The notes under the pieces are model-generated. The model was not told the DNA's origin. It searched no databases and saw only the letters and a program-made list of their open reading frames with translations. The position numbers and the translations under genes are program-made. 64,000 nt of DNA from an uncultured Dorea sp. (GTDB lineage Bacteria > Bacillota > Clostridia > Lachnospirales > Lachnospiraceae): the NCBI GenBank assembly GCA_947652615.1, contig CANTDX010000005.1, forward strand, positions 7,333 through 71,332, in the 5' to 3' direction. Positions 8,792 to 17,637 of the stretch are shown here, in pieces; within the stretch, counting starts at the first letter, position 1, and each line of letters begins with the position of its first letter.

Positions 8792-9655
8792 TCACCGCTC
8801 CAAACTCAACAGATAATCAATCGCCCCAAGCAGTTCCCCTTTCTTTCCCGGCAGCACCCCCTGGATCGTAAACTGATCAAGAACCGTGGTGTCCTCAAAT
8901 AGGCAGTCCGTAACCGTAAGATTCTCAAGCAGAAGCCGCTCCTCCATCAAAATCTCCGCCGGCGTCATCTCGTCAAAATTCCCCGCCTGTGCCTCTTTAT
9001 AGAGAATTGTGTCCTCCCACAGCTTTAATTTCAGACACCAGATATTGCGCGGATGCACCTGATTCAGCATCCTTGCCGTCTCGATGGCATGAAGGCGCGA
9101 GAAGGTACGTCCGCCAAGCCCCGGGATAATGGTCAGATAATAAGCGATCCCCACCTGGTCAAGCCTTGACAGCGCCTCTATGACCTGCGCCGAGGTAATC
9201 CCCTTATTCCGCGCCTCCAGGATCGAATCACTCCCGCTCTCCACCCCGATGTGAAGCGCCTGTACCCCTTCCTCGGAAAGCTTGGTCAATTCCTGATCCG
9301 TCTTGCGCAGGATATCGTCAACGCGGGAATACATTGCATATTCCCGCACCTTCGGCATATATCTGTGCGTAAGCTCTATGATCTTAAGGATACGCTCTGC
9401 ATCCATGCAGAACGCATTTTCCCCAAGGAAGAAGAGACGTGTATCCTCGGGACGAAGCTCGGCCAGGATCTTAAGGTCGTGCTCAAGCCTCTCCATGGGA
9501 TGGATCTTAAATGTGTCTTTGGCAAAATCACAGAACGTGCATCTGTGCCAGCTGCATCCAAGCGACACCTCTAAGGCCGCCGTCGCCTGCTCATGGGGAG
9601 GCAGATAGATGGTGTCATGTGTATAGATCGACTGATATAATTCTTCACGTGTCAT
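8792..9655 (-). CDS. radical SAM protein (unknown substrate)
   Basis: Cys triad in GCSWHRCTFCDF near the N-terminus, followed by a TIM-barrel-like pattern (FFLGENAF, HIGVESGSD). 287 aa. Confidence 0.75.
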   Translation of the reverse strand: MTREELYQSIYTHDTIYLPPHEQATAALEVSLGCSWHRCTFCDFAKDTFKIHPMERLEHDLKILAELRPEDTRLFFLGENAFCMDAERILKIIELTHRYMPKVREYAMYSRVDDILRKTDQELTKLSEEGVQALHIGVESGSDSILEARNKGITSAQVIEALSRLDQVGIAYYLTIIPGLGGRTFSRLHAIETARMLNQVHPRNIWCLKLKLWEDTILYKEAQAGNFDEMTPAEILMEERLLLENLTVTDCLFEDTTVLDQFTIQGVLPGKKGELLGAIDYLLSLER

Positions 9656-9669
9656 GTTCGCATCCCCCC

Positions 9670-10623
9670 TTAAGACATTCTGTTGTTTCTGATTTTCTCT
9701 GCCGTTGGGAAGATACTCTTCTCACAGATGATCTCAAACATCCTCTTATAATGCTCCTTCTGTGCAGAAGTTATGATCTCAACACCAAACGCTGTCTCCG
9801 GAATATCGTCTACAATCCCCCTGATCTTACTCATATCCACCTTATCGGCAAAGCGAAGCACTGCCGTATTACACTCCTCATTCTGCATACTTTCTATAAA
9901 TGCAAACGGATGCAGATGTCTCCCGCTCTTATCGGTAAAAAACGAAGTTCCTGTTTCCAATGCATCCTGAATAATATCTGCTTCGTTGCACAGCCTGCGC
10001 TCTGCAACTGATGGATTTCGCTTATTAAATAATGCATTCCCGTTATCGTATACCGGTGCCAGCGAGATTGAGCCGTCTCCATTGATAAATATACCCCAAT
10101 TCCCGTTATTACGGTCATTATTTCTTATAAAAGCATCCACCACAAACATATCCCAAAACCGCTCTTTCACATTTGGGGTATCCTTTAAAATATCCGATGT
10201 ATCCATTACGATAAGTACATCTTCTAATACCTCTCCATGATGATCGCTGCTTCCTGTCAGATTCGCATCATTCTCAGTCACGGCGTTCTTAATCTTTCCA
10301 TAATCAATCATGGCCCGGTACGGATCAAAATCCCGGCAGGCAACAACAATCTTTCCATCCCGATATCCCAGTATCGTTTCATGTACCGGAATATCAAGCG
10401 ACTCATAGACCTTTGATCCTATATATTCACTGATCGGACTTGTCGTATAAGCCGGAATATGATGATTAGGTTTATCTTTACCAGGAAAATGTTTTGTATT
10501 TTCCGGGAATTTTACCATCCAGCGGGCGCCGTCGATCAATATGCCATATTTTGAACCTGATAAACCGCCGTATAATCCCCAGCGGTCTTTTTCATATCGG
10601 TTTAAATCCTTAATCTCAATCAT
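9670..10623 (-). CDS. HipA-like serine/threonine kinase domain protein
   Basis: Catalytic-loop-like DAFIRNNDRNNGNWG and a downstream APVYDNGNALF (Mg-binding Asp) resemble the HipA C-terminal kinase fold. 317 aa. Confidence 0.65.
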   Translation of the reverse strand: MIEIKDLNRYEKDRWGLYGGLSGSKYGILIDGARWMVKFPENTKHFPGKDKPNHHIPAYTTSPISEYIGSKVYESLDIPVHETILGYRDGKIVVACRDFDPYRAMIDYGKIKNAVTENDANLTGSSDHHGEVLEDVLIVMDTSDILKDTPNVKERFWDMFVVDAFIRNNDRNNGNWGIFINGDGSISLAPVYDNGNALFNKRNPSVAERRLCNEADIIQDALETGTSFFTDKSGRHLHPFAFIESMQNEECNTAVLRFADKVDMSKIRGIVDDIPETAFGVEIITSAQKEHYKRMFEIICEKSIFPTAEKIRNNRMS

Positions 10624-10640
10624 AGCAAGTCCTCACTTTT

Positions 10641-13091
10641 TTACCTGATATCATAAACACTCCGAAGCCTGATCCCTTCCGCCTCTCCCGCGAGGATCTT
10701 CACACGCTTCTCATCCCCGTTCAGATCAAAATAATTATCCGAAAGGATCAGGTCTTCCTGCCTGTTCAATATCTCCACACCCTTCGCATATGCACCTGCC
10801 GATACAACAATCTCATCACCTTCCACGCAGAAGGACAGTTTCGGCTCTTCATATCTGAAATACTTGGGATACGAGAAGATGACCGTTCCGGCAGACAGTA
10901 TCCTGCCATCCTGCCTCATCTCATAGCTTACATACTCCGAGAAGATATCCACATCCGGCAGCATCACCTTGTCAAGCCACACGCTTGTAAGCGCCGGAAC
11001 CCGTAATTCCTTCGTACCGCCGTCGCGGAGCACCTGCGCCTTCGCATTGCGGAGCGCCCAGGATACTTCTACCATCTGCTCTTCTCTGGTCTCGTTCGCT
11101 ACATTTAACCGGACCGACTTCTCAAATGTAAAATGCTCCCGGTTCATATCGGCCTTCTGCGTCATCATGCTCTCTTCCTGACAGGAGATCATAAGCGGCG
11201 CAAAGAAACGCTTCTCCACATAGTGAAGCGCCTTCCATCTCCCGCAGTAATCAACGGAAGACCAGGAGATCACCGGCCAGCAGTCGTTTAACTGCCACAC
11301 GATCGCACCCATACATCGTCCCCTGTTCCTTCGGAAATGTTCGACTCCATACCGGATCGCATCTGCCTGCAGAAGCTGCGACGCATAAATCAGAGTATCA
11401 AAATCTGTCGGATAGAGATAGGTCTGCTGCAAATAGTTCATAATCTTCCCATTCGCGCCGTTGTTGCGCTGATGCTTCTCCATAATGTAGGAGAAGATAT
11501 TCATATCCTTCGGATCGTCTGTGAAGGTCTCGATAGTCTTCCTGCTTGGGAAGGACTGGAATCCGAATTCAGACGCATAACGGAAGTAATAATTGCGGTA
11601 ATCGGAGAACGGTTTATTCCCATGCCATACATCCCAGTAATGCACATCTCCCCTGTCGGGGCTGTTCGGCTCGTCAAACGCCCCTCCCGACGACGGGCTT
11701 GCCGGCCAGTAGAAGGTCTGGGGATCGTATTGCTCCAACACCTCCGGGATCAACTGCTCATACATGATCACATAATCCCTCACTTCTGTCTTCTTCGATA
11801 CCCATTCTCCCTGATCTACGAACATCTCCATCTCATTGTTGCCGCACCACAATCCCAGTGACGCATGATGGCGGAGACGCTTGATATTGTCGATGAACTC
11901 CTGCCGAATATTCGCCTTGAATTCCGGCGTCAGCTCATATACGGCGCATGCGAACATGAAATCCTGCCAGACAATAAGCCCCAGCTCGTCACAGATGTCA
12001 TAGAACCAGTCTTCCGGATAATAGCCGCCGCCCCATACGCGGACCGCATTGTAATTCGCAGCAACGCACTGGCTAAGGAGCTTCCTCGTAGTCTCCGGCG
12101 TCACCCTTCCAAGCAGATGATCCTCCGGGATATAGTCCGCCCCCATGGCAAATATGGCAACACCGTTCACTTCATGGGCAAAACTCTCTCCCCACTCGTC
12201 CTTCTCAATCCTCATAGTCATAGTGCGAAGCCCGATCCGGCGTTCCCAGGTATCTGCCGGCTCGCCGTCTGCATACAGGGTCACTTTCACCGTATATAAC
12301 GGCTGTTCGCCGTAACCGTTGGGCCACCAAAGCATGGGATTCTCTATATGAATCTCCTTTGGAGAATCGGTATAGTTCCGGATGGTTCCATCCGGAGCTG
12401 TAATCTCAACCTCGTAGTGAACTCCCTTTACAAGCCGCTCATCACAGAATGTCTCCATCTCTGGATCCACTTCCAACCGCAGCGTCACCCTCTCCCTAGA
12501 ATGCTCCTGCCGGATATATACGCTGCCTAGCCTTGCCTTCTTCACTCCAAACAACGATACCGGACGGAAGATCCCCGCATCCGGCAAATGTGCTCCCCAG
12601 TCCCATCCGAACATGCAGTGTGCTTTCCGGATATGGACGAATCCGTCCATGGCGTCCTCCGACCCAAGCGTCCTGCATTTGGCGAATTCTTCCCGGATGT
12701 ACTTGAGAGGAGAATGCAGCACAACCCGCAGCACATTCTCCTTCTCCTTAATACTCTCTGTCACATCATATTCCCAGATCCGGTGCATATTATACGCATT
12801 ACCAAGATGCTCCTGATTCAGGTATATATCTGCGATCGTATCCAATCCGTCAAAATGAAGCAGGACCCTGTCCTGCTCCAATAACTCATCCCCGACATCA
12901 AAGCATACTTCATATTCATAATCATCTTCCATCAGAGGAAGCGCACGGATCTCATTGTCCCTCCAGAACGGATCCTCCATATTGCCGTTACGCAGCAGAT
13001 CCGTATAGACCGTCCCGGGGACAACCGCAGGCTGATCTGGCTCCCCTGTTCTTCGCATCCGCCAATTCTTGTTCAATATTTGCTTTACCAT
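10641..13091 (-). CDS. GH2 beta-mannosidase
   Basis: 816 aa. The N-terminus (LNKNWRMRR...VPGTVYTDLL) is typical of beta-mannosidases. WCGNNEME holds the acid/base Glu and ASEFGFQSFP the nucleophile Glu. Confidence 0.85.
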   Translation of the reverse strand: MVKQILNKNWRMRRTGEPDQPAVVPGTVYTDLLRNGNMEDPFWRDNEIRALPLMEDDYEYEVCFDVGDELLEQDRVLLHFDGLDTIADIYLNQEHLGNAYNMHRIWEYDVTESIKEKENVLRVVLHSPLKYIREEFAKCRTLGSEDAMDGFVHIRKAHCMFGWDWGAHLPDAGIFRPVSLFGVKKARLGSVYIRQEHSRERVTLRLEVDPEMETFCDERLVKGVHYEVEITAPDGTIRNYTDSPKEIHIENPMLWWPNGYGEQPLYTVKVTLYADGEPADTWERRIGLRTMTMRIEKDEWGESFAHEVNGVAIFAMGADYIPEDHLLGRVTPETTRKLLSQCVAANYNAVRVWGGGYYPEDWFYDICDELGLIVWQDFMFACAVYELTPEFKANIRQEFIDNIKRLRHHASLGLWCGNNEMEMFVDQGEWVSKKTEVRDYVIMYEQLIPEVLEQYDPQTFYWPASPSSGGAFDEPNSPDRGDVHYWDVWHGNKPFSDYRNYYFRYASEFGFQSFPSRKTIETFTDDPKDMNIFSYIMEKHQRNNGANGKIMNYLQQTYLYPTDFDTLIYASQLLQADAIRYGVEHFRRNRGRCMGAIVWQLNDCWPVISWSSVDYCGRWKALHYVEKRFFAPLMISCQEESMMTQKADMNREHFTFEKSVRLNVANETREEQMVEVSWALRNAKAQVLRDGGTKELRVPALTSVWLDKVMLPDVDIFSEYVSYEMRQDGRILSAGTVIFSYPKYFRYEEPKLSFCVEGDEIVVSAGAYAKGVEILNRQEDLILSDNYFDLNGDEKRVKILAGEAEGIRLRSVYDIR

Positions 13092-13099
13092 ATCTCCTC

Positions 13100-13780
13100 C
13101 TAATTGGCCTTCGGATACTCATTGCACAGCAGACGGTACGGCTCTTCATCCTCCTCGATCTCCGGGAAGCGTCCGATCGGCTCGTAGAAACGGTTATCAT
13201 GCTCATCATCATTGCACATGGACACCTCTCCCAACAGAACGTCGCCGCTTCCTTCCTCCACATGGAAATCATGATACATATATGGATAGATCGTGATACT
13301 CTCGCCCGGAATCAGCTTAACCTTCGTGCCTGCCGGAACCGTATACTCTCGCCCGTCACAGTTCACCGTCACATCCGTATCTGCAAATTCACCGTCCTTC
13401 GTGGAATTATACACCGTGATCAGCACATTACCGCCGCCTCTGTTGATGATATCTTCCATCTTATTCCAATGGAAATGCATGGGCGCCATCTGCCCTTCCT
13501 TCACGAAGAGAAGCTTCTCCGCATAAGTCTTCGTGTACTTATCCATCTTCAGATTCCCGTTGCGGATCGTGATCAGCGAGAAGCCCACCTCGTCGAATCT
13601 GCCAAGGCCGTAATCCGTGATGTCCCATCCAAGCATATTATCCCGGATCTCATCATATTCCGCTCCCTTATTCTCCCATTCCTTCGCAGACCACTTGCAA
13701 AACGGCGGGATCTCGAAGCCATGAGCCTTAATCATCTCCTCCATACACTTAATCTCTGCATTGATTTTTGAACGTTTCAT
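13100..13780 (-). CDS. D-lyxose/D-mannose family sugar isomerase (cupin)
   Basis: Cupin metal motif MHFHWNKMEDIINRGGG and overall YdaE-like pattern. Start chosen at MKRSKI (ATG 13780, AGGAAGGAG upstream). Confidence 0.8.
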   Translation of the reverse strand: MKRSKINAEIKCMEEMIKAHGFEIPPFCKWSAKEWENKGAEYDEIRDNMLGWDITDYGLGRFDEVGFSLITIRNGNLKMDKYTKTYAEKLLFVKEGQMAPMHFHWNKMEDIINRGGGNVLITVYNSTKDGEFADTDVTVNCDGREYTVPAGTKVKLIPGESITIYPYMYHDFHVEEGSGDVLLGEVSMCNDDEHDNRFYEPIGRFPEIEEDEEPYRLLCNEYPKAN

Positions 13781-13821
13781 CTTATATAATCTCCTTCCTG
13801 TCTTCTTTTCACACATCTTCC

Positions 13822-13955
13822 GTAACAGTTCAGATACCTTCACTGTTACCGGCATCCGGCCATTAAAAATCGCTTCGCGGTGGGCCGTATGTTTTCAGGC
13901 TCTACTCTATGGCACGGTCAGCGCAGTGAATGCGCAGACCTGTCTGAACTGTTAC
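13822..13955. mobile_element. 134-bp MITE-like element, copy A
   Basis: 131/134 nt identical to 18730-18863. 13-bp terminal inverted repeats GTAACAGTTCAGA / TCTGAACTGTTAC. Flanked by 8-mers CATCTTCC / CATATTTC that match at 6 of 8 positions. Confidence 0.7.
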
Positions 13956-15043
13956 CATATTTCGGCCTCTGTCTTTCCCGACACATTGCCGCCGGCTCTC
14001 AACAGATTCTCTGCCTCCTGCTCCACCCCGTCAAGCTCCTTTCCGGTCAGGAATGACAGTACAATCTGCTTCCGCTCCGCGGCAAACGGCTCCATCTGAT
14101 GCAGGCTATTCTCTTCTATATGATACGGTCTCCCATAGACGCTGGAATTAGCCGGTTCTAACCCCACGACATAATCCCCCGGCGCGATAGATTTCCACTG
14201 CATGAAATACGGTAATTCCCTTAAATTATATTCTATTTTCAATCCAATTCCAAGTTCTTTATTGATAATCGCAGCAAATGTATTCCCTTCCTGATCCGCA
14301 GCCATCTCATGGAGGAACACATACTCCGGCTCATTGTCCTTTGGCGGTTCCATCCGGCTGAAATTCCCTGTATGAAGCGCCGCCGTCTCATCCCGCGGGA
14401 GCACCTTCCGCGTTGGGATGATGATCCCGGAATCCTCACACAGAAGCGGGTATCCTGCATTCATATGGTACAGCAGCATCATTGGCTCCCTGCGGAAGCC
14501 TTCATTCGTGATCTCATCCTCGATATAGATCTTGTTCTCTCCATACCGGGTCGTGACCCTTCGGCGCAGCACAAGATTCTCTCCGAACAGCTCTGCCTCC
14601 CGCATGGTTCCCGATATCTCGGCGATGTAATCATCCCCGTCCCAGTATGCCTTCGCTCCCACATGCTCCGCCGGAGTCGTGCGGATCCGCCCATGCATGG
14701 GATAGTCCCTGCCGCCGATCCTGCAGGGCGCGCAGATATTCTCAAGCCCGCAGGTGAACAGCATCCCGCCCATGATACTGCGCTGCGCTTCCGCTCCGTT
14801 GGTATCATAGTGGCTGCGCCCCATCAGCCCCGGCTTCGCCAGGAAACTGACGTTATGGCCCAAGAACGAAACATCTGTAATATCCAGGCACTTATCCGCC
14901 ATCACGCCGAATCTGAGCGGACCATTCTTCACCTCGTAAGCACGCATCCCCCTGGCTCTTCCCTCTTCATAGGTGACCGGGCGTACATACATAAGCTGCT
15001 GCATGCTTCCCACCTTACTCAACAGTGTTTTCTTTTCATTCAC
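13952..15043 (-). CDS. aldose 1-epimerase-family / DUF4432-like protein
   Basis: About 363 aa with a mutarotase-like pattern (GMLFTCGLENI, YPMHGR, LYHMNAGYP, GLEPAN). GTG start at 15043 is 8 nt after AGGGGG. The stop codon TAA lies inside the MITE terminal repeat. Confidence 0.7.
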   Translation of the reverse strand: MNEKKTLLSKVGSMQQLMYVRPVTYEEGRARGMRAYEVKNGPLRFGVMADKCLDITDVSFLGHNVSFLAKPGLMGRSHYDTNGAEAQRSIMGGMLFTCGLENICAPCRIGGRDYPMHGRIRTTPAEHVGAKAYWDGDDYIAEISGTMREAELFGENLVLRRRVTTRYGENKIYIEDEITNEGFRREPMMLLYHMNAGYPLLCEDSGIIIPTRKVLPRDETAALHTGNFSRMEPPKDNEPEYVFLHEMAADQEGNTFAAIINKELGIGLKIEYNLRELPYFMQWKSIAPGDYVVGLEPANSSVYGRPYHIEENSLHQMEPFAAERKQIVLSFLTGKELDGVEQEAENLLRAGGNVSGKTEAEIW

Positions 15044-15074
15044 CAAGCATTCCCCCTCGCTTTTCCCGTCTGAA

Positions 15075-15113
15075 GAAAGGCAGCCCTCTCCCACACAACA
15101 AGGGCTGCCTTTC
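15075..15113 (-). terminator. stem-loop terminator after the ABC binding-protein gene
   Basis: Perfect 13-bp stem GAAAGGCAGCCCT / AGGGCTGCCTTTC with a 13-nt loop, followed by a U-rich tail on the minus strand. Confidence 0.6.
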
Positions 15114-15128
15114 TATCTATTACTCATT

Positions 15129-16622
15129 CTACTTCGATGCCTTCCACTCGTCAATCTGTTTCTGCATCTCCTCGATCACCTTGTCGATACCCGTCGCCTC
15201 TAACTTCTCCTGAAGCTTCGGCAGATATTCCTTGGGGTCTACGCTTCCGGTGTAGAGAGATTTGCCAAATTCATCCATTACATTGCCGAATCCGGCTACT
15301 TCCGTGCTGACCGGTTCCAGATCGAAGTCGAATCCAAAGGACGGAGCCTCAACAGACGAATCATTGAATTCCTTGAAGACCGCCCATTTATCCACCGGCT
15401 CATTCTCCAGTACATAGGTGTTGAATAATCCGCCCTGTACCCAGTAGGATACAGAATAATTCTTCCTTGTCTCCTCGTTCAGCTTGATCTTGTTCTCATA
15501 CACATACGGCTTCCCTTTGGCTTCGGCCGCTTCATCGGCCGGAACCTCAGCCTTATCCCAGTGTTCGCCTTCAATACCGTAGTTCAGCAGATTCCTGAGA
15601 TACTCATCCGTATTGACCAGGTTCAGGAACTCTACCGCCTTCTCCGGATGCTTGGTCTGCGCGTTGATGGCAGTGAGGGCTCCGCGGGCGGAGATATTTG
15701 TCACATAAGTATCCATGATCGGAGTCGCCACAACTTCATATCCCAAGTCTTTTCCCCATACCAGCTCTGCATACGGCTGTCCGTCTCCCTTCGTCACAAA
15801 GCGCTTCACAGACTTGTCGTCGGAGGCCGTAGCCGCGTCTTTATTTATATAGCCTGCAAGATAATATTTCCTCATAGTCTCAAGAGTCGACTTCATCTTC
15901 TCAGTCTCAAATACATTCTTGACCGTCAGCGTATCGTCGCCGTACTCGATACCCACCGGATTCTGGATCAGATCCATATAGATCGGCGCGGAATAGCTGC
16001 TGGTAAGATACATCGGCACTACATCCGGTTCCTTCTCCTTGATAAGCTTAAGCCATGGTTCCAGATCCTCCAGGCTGTGGATCTCGTCTACCGGAATCTC
16101 ATATTTGTCGACATATTCTTTGGTAAATACCCACATCGGCATACTTCCGATCTCTTTCTCGCTCGGAACGCCGTAGGTCTTGCCCTGTACCTTTGCCGCT
16201 TCCCAGAAACGCCCGTCAATATTCTTGTACATCTCTGTATCCTTGATGTAATCATCGATCTGGAGGAATGCACCCTTGTTCGCGTTCTGGAGATAATTAT
16301 TGGCCCAGGAGCAGGTGAAGCACAGATCCCAGTCATCCCCTGTATTGATCACGACCTGCATCTTCTGGTCATAATCGCCCCAGCCGGCCGTATTGATCTT
16401 CAATTTCACACCGATCTTCTCTCCTATATATTCATTCACCTTCTCGATCACCCGATCCTGGTCCTTCTGCGCATCACCGATCTGCCACCAGGTCAATTCC
16501 ACGATCTCGTCCCCGCTTGAATTCGTCTCTGCCGTCTTGCCGCCGCAGCCTGCCAGAAGTCCTGCCGTCATTACCGCCGCAAGCCCTGCTGCCGCGAATC
16601 TCTTTATCATCTTAAACTTCAT
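15129..16622 (-). CDS. ABC transporter extracellular solute-binding lipoprotein (LplA/YesO-like)
   Basis: Lipoprotein signal (AGLLAGCGG). About 497 aa, the size typical of family-1 SBPs found with LplB/LplC permeases. ATG 16622 is 7 nt after AGGAGGG. Confidence 0.9.
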   Translation of the reverse strand: MKFKMIKRFAAAGLAAVMTAGLLAGCGGKTAETNSSGDEIVELTWWQIGDAQKDQDRVIEKVNEYIGEKIGVKLKINTAGWGDYDQKMQVVINTGDDWDLCFTCSWANNYLQNANKGAFLQIDDYIKDTEMYKNIDGRFWEAAKVQGKTYGVPSEKEIGSMPMWVFTKEYVDKYEIPVDEIHSLEDLEPWLKLIKEKEPDVVPMYLTSSYSAPIYMDLIQNPVGIEYGDDTLTVKNVFETEKMKSTLETMRKYYLAGYINKDAATASDDKSVKRFVTKGDGQPYAELVWGKDLGYEVVATPIMDTYVTNISARGALTAINAQTKHPEKAVEFLNLVNTDEYLRNLLNYGIEGEHWDKAEVPADEAAEAKGKPYVYENKIKLNEETRKNYSVSYWVQGGLFNTYVLENEPVDKWAVFKEFNDSSVEAPSFGFDFDLEPVSTEVAGFGNVMDEFGKSLYTGSVDPKEYLPKLQEKLEATGIDKVIEEMQKQIDEWKASK

Positions 16623-16644
16623 CACTATTCCCTCCTGATTCATT

Positions 16645-17622
16645 CTACTCTTTCACTGCTCCTACCGTCAATCCGTTTACAAAATATCTCTGGAAGAACG
16701 GATAAGCGAAAATAATCGGTAACGTAGATATCACTACGATCGCCATCTTAATAGTCTCTTTCGGCATATTTGCCGCCGTCGTGATCCCGTCGACACCCAT
16801 GGCGGCTTTGTTGTTGGCCAGCCAGTCGATGGAGCTCTCAATCTGGATCAGCAGATATTGGAGCGGGATCAGATCCTTGTTATCCATATACATCATGGCA
16901 TTGAACCAGTCGTTCCAGTAACCAAGCGTCAGGAACAGTCCTATAGTCGCAAGCCCCGGCAGCGCCATAGGAATGACGATCTGGAAGAACAGCCTCCACT
17001 CCGACGCTCCGTCGATCTTCGCCGATTCCACGACCGCATCCGGAATACTCGTCTTGAAGAACGTCCGTAACACGATGATGTTAAATGAATTCAGACACAG
17101 GGGCAAGATCAGCGCCCACAGAGAGTCTTTGAGCATCAGTACCTTGGTCACGATCAGGTAATTCGCAATCATACCGCCGCTGAACAGCATGGGGATGGTG
17201 ATCACCGTCGTGAAGAATTTGCGGAACGCATAGGTTTTCCTGGACAATGCGTAGGCATAGGTACCCGTAAGCAATAATCCGATTATCGTTCCCACTATGG
17301 TGATAAAGATCGTCACCCCATAGCTCTTGAGAATATTTTCCCCGGCGCTTACGATATATTCATAGGCATAGAAGCTTAGCTTCTCCGGGATGAACCGGTA
17401 TCCGTTCATCGCCAGCGACGCCTCATCTGTAAATGAGATGATGATGACGAAGATAAACGGTACGACGCAGATCAGCGACAATACTGCCAAGATTATGTTA
17501 AACAGAACATTCGTCGGCGTCTTGATCTGATTATATTTACATTCTTCTGCTTCCAGCTTCTTGATTCTTTTCTGCAGCTTTCTGTTGGAAACTTTTGCTA
17601 CTTTCGTATCTTGTGCTGCCAC
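16645..17622 (-). CDS. carbohydrate ABC transporter permease (LplC/YtcP-like)
   Basis: Six-TM MalG-type permease with an EAA-like loop (ESAKIDGASEWRLFFQIVIP). GTG start 6 nt after GGGAGGG. Confidence 0.9.
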   Translation of the reverse strand: MAAQDTKVAKVSNRKLQKRIKKLEAEECKYNQIKTPTNVLFNIILAVLSLICVVPFIFVIIISFTDEASLAMNGYRFIPEKLSFYAYEYIVSAGENILKSYGVTIFITIVGTIIGLLLTGTYAYALSRKTYAFRKFFTTVITIPMLFSGGMIANYLIVTKVLMLKDSLWALILPLCLNSFNIIVLRTFFKTSIPDAVVESAKIDGASEWRLFFQIVIPMALPGLATIGLFLTLGYWNDWFNAMMYMDNKDLIPLQYLLIQIESSIDWLANNKAAMGVDGITTAANMPKETIKMAIVVISTLPIIFAYPFFQRYFVNGLTVGAVKE

Positions 17623-17637
17623 AGGTTTCCCTCCCTT

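Noticed and set aside
13761-14099. Two plus-strand ORFs (13761..14099 and 18717..18974) that share a nearly identical peptide of about 45 aa (NSSDTFTVTGIRPLKIASRWAVCFQALLYGTVSAVNAQTCLNCY). This could look like a duplicated small protein.
   Set aside because: The shared peptide is simply the translation of the 134-bp MITE-like repeat. The ORFs diverge immediately outside it, lack RBSs, and overlap a real minus-strand gene in one case.
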